From Candidatus Methylomirabilis oxygeniifera (GTDB lineage: Bacteria > Methylomirabilota > Methylomirabilia > Methylomirabilales > Methylomirabilaceae), in contig FP565575.1 of NCBI GenBank assembly GCA_000091165.1, forward strand, positions 2,070,001 through 2,102,000: a stretch of 32,000 bases of DNA, written 5' to 3'. This document shows positions 27,945 through 32,000 of the stretch, one piece after another. The first letter of the stretch is position 1, and each line of letters opens with the position of its first letter. The notes beneath the pieces were generated by a model. That model saw only the letters and a list, made by a program, of their open reading frames with translations, did no database searches and was not told the DNA's origin. Both the position numbers and the translations under genes were made by a program.

Positions 27945-28847
27945 TCACGCTGCCTTATTGGGCTCCTTTGGAGCCCCTGGCGCCTGTCCTGCCTCCGCGC
28001 GAGCCGCAGGCTCCCGCCGTGCAATCTCGTTCACGTAGGCGACAGCCTCCAGTCGTGAGTGAACCTTGAGCTTACTGAAGATGTTCTGGATGTGGTTTCT
28101 CACTGTAGTTTTACTGATGAAAAGCTGCTCCGCGATAGCCGCCGTCGTTGCGCCCGTCCGCATCAGGGTAACAACCTGCAGCTCTCGCCGAGTTAAGTCA
28201 CCGACAGGAGATACGGTCTTTTCGCTCGCCGTAAGTTGAGTCTGAGCCAGTTGTTGCCGAACAAGCACCTCAAGCTGGTGCGCCGCAGTGACATCACGGA
28301 AGAGATGAACAACTGTCGGGGGTTGGTTGTCCTCACAGGGAAGAGCAACACAGCTCACATCGATCCATAGCGGTTTACCCGTCCTCGTCCGAGTAGCCAT
28401 CTCGAAATGCTGGATCAGATCTCCACGGCTCAACGTCATCTTCAGCGGGCAAGGCCACTGACAAAGCTGATTGCCGTTACTATCACGGCCGTTGAAGAAC
28501 TCACGGCATTGCTGTCCGACAACTTGTTGCGCGGAAGCTTCCAGGATAGTTTCAGCGGCTTGGTTGCAGAACAGAATCTCTCCGGTCGGCGCACTGACAA
28601 ACACGCCATCGGCCGTCTCAGCGAAAAGCTTGAAGGCGGCTTCGCGTGGTTCCGTAGGCTGTCCGCTTCCCGGCTCGTTTCGCGAATCCTTTTCATCGAC
28701 TTCATCAACTGCAGGTGTAAGCCGATGCTCGTCTTCGCCGTCTATGCGGTAGTCGACTGCCTCGCCTGTACGGACACCGCCATCACGCCGCAGGCCTGCC
28801 CTGGAAATTCGCACCGAACGTTTCGGTCCGTTGCCTGAATGCGCCAT
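27945..28847 (-). CDS. PAS-domain LuxR-family transcriptional regulator
   Basis: PAS region (AAFKLFAETADGVFVSAPTGEILFCNQAAETIL...) containing CREFFNGRDSNGNQLCQWPCPL, then LuxR HTH (LTRRELQVVTLMRTGATTAAIAEQLFISKTTVRNHIQNIFSKLKVHSRLEAVAYV). Confidence 0.9.
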   Translation of the reverse strand: MAHSGNGPKRSVRISRAGLRRDGGVRTGEAVDYRIDGEDEHRLTPAVDEVDEKDSRNEPGSGQPTEPREAAFKLFAETADGVFVSAPTGEILFCNQAAETILEASAQQVVGQQCREFFNGRDSNGNQLCQWPCPLKMTLSRGDLIQHFEMATRTRTGKPLWIDVSCVALPCEDNQPPTVVHLFRDVTAAHQLEVLVRQQLAQTQLTASEKTVSPVGDLTRRELQVVTLMRTGATTAAIAEQLFISKTTVRNHIQNIFSKLKVHSRLEAVAYVNEIARREPAARAEAGQAPGAPKEPNKAA

Positions 28848-29295
28848 AGTTTTAATATAAAGTCCTCATTACGACCTGTCAAGCCGAAAAAAGGGGATAC
28901 AGATCCGCACGTATTTGCAAGGCTGACCCGATGCCTGGTACGCACGACCGGATCAGCACGGGTAATGGGGTCGGGCTTGTGACAGATACAGTGTCGCCGC
29001 TCCGCGCGACCGTCACTTCTGCCAAGGCGTATTTCATCGTTATGTTGCCGGAGGTGCGGCTGCGAGCCCTGGGAGACCGAAGAAAACGCTTGACAGGGGA
29101 TGCGGGCTGTGCGATAGTGACGCCCATCCTAAGGTCTAAGGCCCCACTGCAAGTCCGCACGGAGGTTAGGAAGCCCGCGTACGCCAAGCTAGAGATGGTC
29201 TCATCGGGGCGGGGTTGCTTCAGAGCCCCGCATCAGCAAAGCGCTCTGAATTCAGGAGCGCCGTGGTTAACCTAAAGAGCAGAGGGAGGGGGATC

Positions 29296-30819
29296 ATGGC
29301 TCAAAGAGGGTGGTGGATTCGTGGTGCCGTTGTGGGCAGTGCTTTACTGCTCGCTCCGGTTGGGGCGTGGGCCGACAAGCTCACGGATCTCGAGCAGGCC
29401 TTTGATGCGCAGCAGAAGTCGTTGCAGCAGTTGCAACAGGAGATGCAGCGGCTGCGGCAGGAGCGATCCGCGCAACAGGAAGATGTCACCAGGCGCGTGA
29501 TGGAGGTAGAAAAGAAGGCTGCAGAGGCCGCGGCATCGGCATGGCAAGTCGGATTTGATCCTTGGCCAGGGAAAGGCTTCTACGTGAAGTCGACCGACGG
29601 CCAGCACCGACTGAGTATCGGCGGGTACGTGCAAACCTTGGCGCAAGTCGAGGCATCGCGAAATGAAGAGGATGTCGACTCAGCAGACAAGTCGGCAGCG
29701 ATCAATCGACATAGGGCCAGCACCTTGAAGCTGCACCGCGTCAGGCTCCACTTTGATGTTCAACTCTTCAAGGACTTTGGTCTCCACATCAACCCGGAGT
29801 TCGTCGGCCCCACCGATACCAAGGGCAGCGGACCCTCCAGCACCACACGGATCGAAGCGGCGTTTGGTCACTACACGTATGCCCCCTGGTTGAGGGTAAA
29901 GGTGGGGCAGTTCAGGGACCAGTACGCGCTCGAGAACGGCTCGGTCCCTCAGGACCTGTACTTCGCCGCTCAGCGGTCGTTTATCACCAGAGCGCTGTCT
30001 CCAGACCTGCAGATGGGTCTCATGCTCTTCGGTGGGACGAAGCTCGCCGACATGCTGCCCATCTCCTACAGCGTGGGCGTCTATAACGGTTGCGGCCGGG
30101 TCGATCAGTGCACCACCGATAACGACGGCGATAAGGAGTATACCGGTCGAATCACCATTGCGCCCCCGATGCCGATCGGGAATCTCACCGTCGGCGCCAA
30201 CGCCGATTTCCGCACCTTCAACAATAAGAAGGGTGGCGCTCGCGACCTTGCGACGAATCCCGTCGCCGGCACCAACTACCACCGCTTCAACCCGACCAGC
30301 GTGTTGGGCGACCTCTTCGGGGGTGACGGTAACGGCACGAGCATGAACGGCTTCCGGATCAACGGCGACCGCACCACGACCGGTGCCGACTTTGTGTATG
30401 ACCTCTACCCGATCATCCTGACGGGTGAGTTCCACTACGCCTCCCAGGAGCGCGACGGATTGGGCACGGGCAGCAACGTCAATCTCGATGATCTCCGCAT
30501 GATGGGTGGCTATGGAACCGTCGGCTATTGGGTCTTCGGCAACAAACTGAAGGGCCTGCTGGTCAACGGCCGCTACGAGCACCTGCGGGTCGACGATACG
30601 AAGGGCAATTTCACAGCGGCTGCCGGTACTAATGAGCAGACGTTGAGGGTGCGCGTCGGCACCATGGGCGCAACCTGGTATGTCAACCCCAACATCTTCG
30701 TCCGGGCTAACTACGTGCTTACCGACGTCAACCCGGGGAAAAACTTCTTTGGGGTGAGCAACAATACGCAAGGCGAGTTGACCCACCAGGGAATCGCCGA
30801 GGCGGTATTCAAGTTCTAA
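29296..30819 (+). CDS. Outer-membrane porin, OprO/OprP (phosphate-selective porin)-like
   Basis: Signal peptide (IRGAVVGSALLLAPVGAWA), coiled-coil LEQAFDAQQKSLQQLQQEMQRLRQE, beta-barrel pattern, terminal Phe (GIAEAVFKF). Start at ATG 29296 after gggagggggatc. Confidence 0.88.
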   Translation: MAQRGWWIRGAVVGSALLLAPVGAWADKLTDLEQAFDAQQKSLQQLQQEMQRLRQERSAQQEDVTRRVMEVEKKAAEAAASAWQVGFDPWPGKGFYVKSTDGQHRLSIGGYVQTLAQVEASRNEEDVDSADKSAAINRHRASTLKLHRVRLHFDVQLFKDFGLHINPEFVGPTDTKGSGPSSTTRIEAAFGHYTYAPWLRVKVGQFRDQYALENGSVPQDLYFAAQRSFITRALSPDLQMGLMLFGGTKLADMLPISYSVGVYNGCGRVDQCTTDNDGDKEYTGRITIAPPMPIGNLTVGANADFRTFNNKKGGARDLATNPVAGTNYHRFNPTSVLGDLFGGDGNGTSMNGFRINGDRTTTGADFVYDLYPIILTGEFHYASQERDGLGTGSNVNLDDLRMMGGYGTVGYWVFGNKLKGLLVNGRYEHLRVDDTKGNFTAAAGTNEQTLRVRVGTMGATWYVNPNIFVRANYVLTDVNPGKNFFGVSNNTQGELTHQGIAEAVFKF

Positions 30820-30843
30820 TCTAGGAATTGATGGCAGGTTCTC

Positions 30844-30897
30844 CCGAAGCTCACCAGGCGCAGAGTTCGTATGGGAACGGCACTTGGTGAGCTTCGG
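30844..30897 (+). terminator. Hairpin downstream of porin gene
   Basis: 13-bp inverted repeat ccgaagctcacca (30844-30856) / tggtgagcttcgg (30885-30897). Confidence 0.45.
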
Positions 30898-30947
30898 CAA
30901 TCTGCTAACGCAACAGTCTTGAGTCGAGGAAGGAAGGAGATCTTATC

Positions 30948-31199
30948 ATGAAGTTCATCACGTTAGCCAAGGTGAGGCCTGGCGCATGGTCCAGGCTGAC
31001 CAGCGAGCTTCCTGCTGCCTGCTATGAGGGGATGAAGTGGGCGTACGTCACCTACGGCCAATATGATGTGGCGTTCGAATGGGAAGCGAAGGATTTGGAA
31101 ACAGCAAATAAGGTCATGAAGCATATGGCCGGATCCGACCTTCTGGCATCTGAGACTTTGGTCGTCGCTTCGACGCTGAAGGAATTCGGCCAAGTCTAG
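30948..31199 (+). CDS. Small GYD-like domain protein
   Basis: 83 aa: MKFITLAKVRPGAWSRLTSEL...MKWAYVTYGQYDVAFEWEAKDLETANKVMKHMAGSDLLASETLVVASTLKEF; the ...YGQYDxxxxxEAxD pattern fits GYD proteins. Confidence 0.75.
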   Translation: MKFITLAKVRPGAWSRLTSELPAACYEGMKWAYVTYGQYDVAFEWEAKDLETANKVMKHMAGSDLLASETLVVASTLKEFGQV

Positions 31200-31692
31200 C
31201 CACTATTCCCAGAACTTTAATCTGATCCCCGCAATAAACGCAATCCACGCGATAGGCGCAATCGACGCCTCAAGATTTTGACCACCCACTGCACCGCGCG
31301 CCGTACCAGTCGCTTTCTTTTCGTACCGAACGTATCAAACGACCTCTTACGCCTTCCTACTACCCCCTAGACTCCTAGAGCGTTGGACCGCCCTAAAACC
31401 GCAGAAGTTAGGCTTGACAAACTTATGGGAGCGATTTATCCTGGCTACGTATGGCGTAGCTCCTGTAGGTAATCACCGGGAGTAAACCAGAGAGGCGTAG
31501 AGTGTGCCCCTCTTGTCGGCTTCCCTAACTGAACGTGGACATACTGATGAGAAAGAAAGGGTGGGCTGGCCGGTACGCGGGGATTAGTATGAGAGACTTT
31601 CGCTTAGAAAGGTGTTATGCGTCTTGTATGACGTCCCGGATTTTTGGTGCACGGTTTCAGTACGTCCGGATAACACAAAGGAGGTTATTGCC

Positions 31693-32000
31693 GTGAACAA
31701 GCGTTACCTGAAGGTTGCGGGTGTGGTCGCCCTGATCCTCGTGGTCACGGCCGTAGCCTTTCTACCGTTCTATTGGAATCCCAAGAAAGCTTCTAGTCAG
31801 GTGATCTTCAGTGACTTTATAGACCTAGTGGAAAAGGGGGAGCTCGCCGGAACGGTGATCTTCAACGAAAACAGCCACACCCTTTACTTCCATATCGCTT
31901 CAGGACAGCACCTGCGGACAGTGTACAGCAAAGAGGCTACCGCATCTCTACAAGAGCTGCTGAAGCAGAAGGGCGTCCACTTTGCTGTTGAGCCACAAAG
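31693..32000 (+). CDS. FtsH-like AAA protease N-terminal (extracytoplasmic) region, truncated by window edge
   Basis: Not in the ORF track. RBS aaaggaggtta, GTG 31693: MNKRYLKVAGVVALILVVTAVAFLPFYWNPKKASSSQVIFSDFIDLVEKGELAGTVIFNENSHTLYFH... TM plus FtsH_ext-like pattern; the AAA domain lies outside the window. Confidence 0.62.
   Translation, partial: MNKRYLKVAGVVALILVVTAVAFLPFYWNPKKASSQVIFSDFIDLVEKGELAGTVIFNENSHTLYFHIASGQHLRTVYSKEATASLQELLKQKGVHFAVEPQ

Noticed and set aside
29680-30900. 406-aa minus-strand ORF antisense to the porin gene
   Set aside because: Mirrors the porin coding frame in GC-rich DNA; the plus-strand gene has a signal peptide, RBS and beta-barrel pattern.
1-32000. tRNA, rRNA, CRISPR arrays, phage or transposase genes
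   Set aside because: No tRNA-like cloverleaf, rRNA segment, spacer array, integrase or transposase was recognised. Small RNA classes cannot be excluded without covariance models.

Overview
The gene content and arrangement resemble a denitrifying methanotroph of the NC10 phylum ('Candidatus Methylomirabilis' type). That attribution is inference from recall; no search was run. Left end, minus strand: napA (5' part, running off the window), nirF-like, nirJ-like and nirS (cytochrome cd1 nitrite reductase). Centre, plus strand: housekeeping genes mtnA, lytic transglycosylase, coaBC, family-4 uracil-DNA glycosylase, three small exported or unknown proteins, priA, a TrmN6-like methyltransferase, a nitrilase-family amidase and nadE. 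Right end, mostly minus strand: a three-gene membrane/multiheme cytochrome module, a small alpha/beta-barrel-like protein, a monoheme cytochrome c, and two tandem qNor-like membrane proteins. Both of these carry the substitutions described for NO dismutase (SHN in place of the usual HH, and MQV in place of EV). Beyond them lie a Cys-containing PAS/LuxR regulator, an outer-membrane porin, a small GYD-like protein and the start of an FtsH-like gene. The NO dismutase pair is the key system. NO dismutation is already described in the literature, so the less-explored observations are: (a) a shared GTAAAT-N21/22-GATGCAWATG motif upstream of both nod genes, (b) mosaic near-identity between the paralogs that suggests gene conversion, (c) the adjacent uncharacterised redox module, and (d) short dispersed repeats placed at stop codons or in frame inside housekeeping genes.
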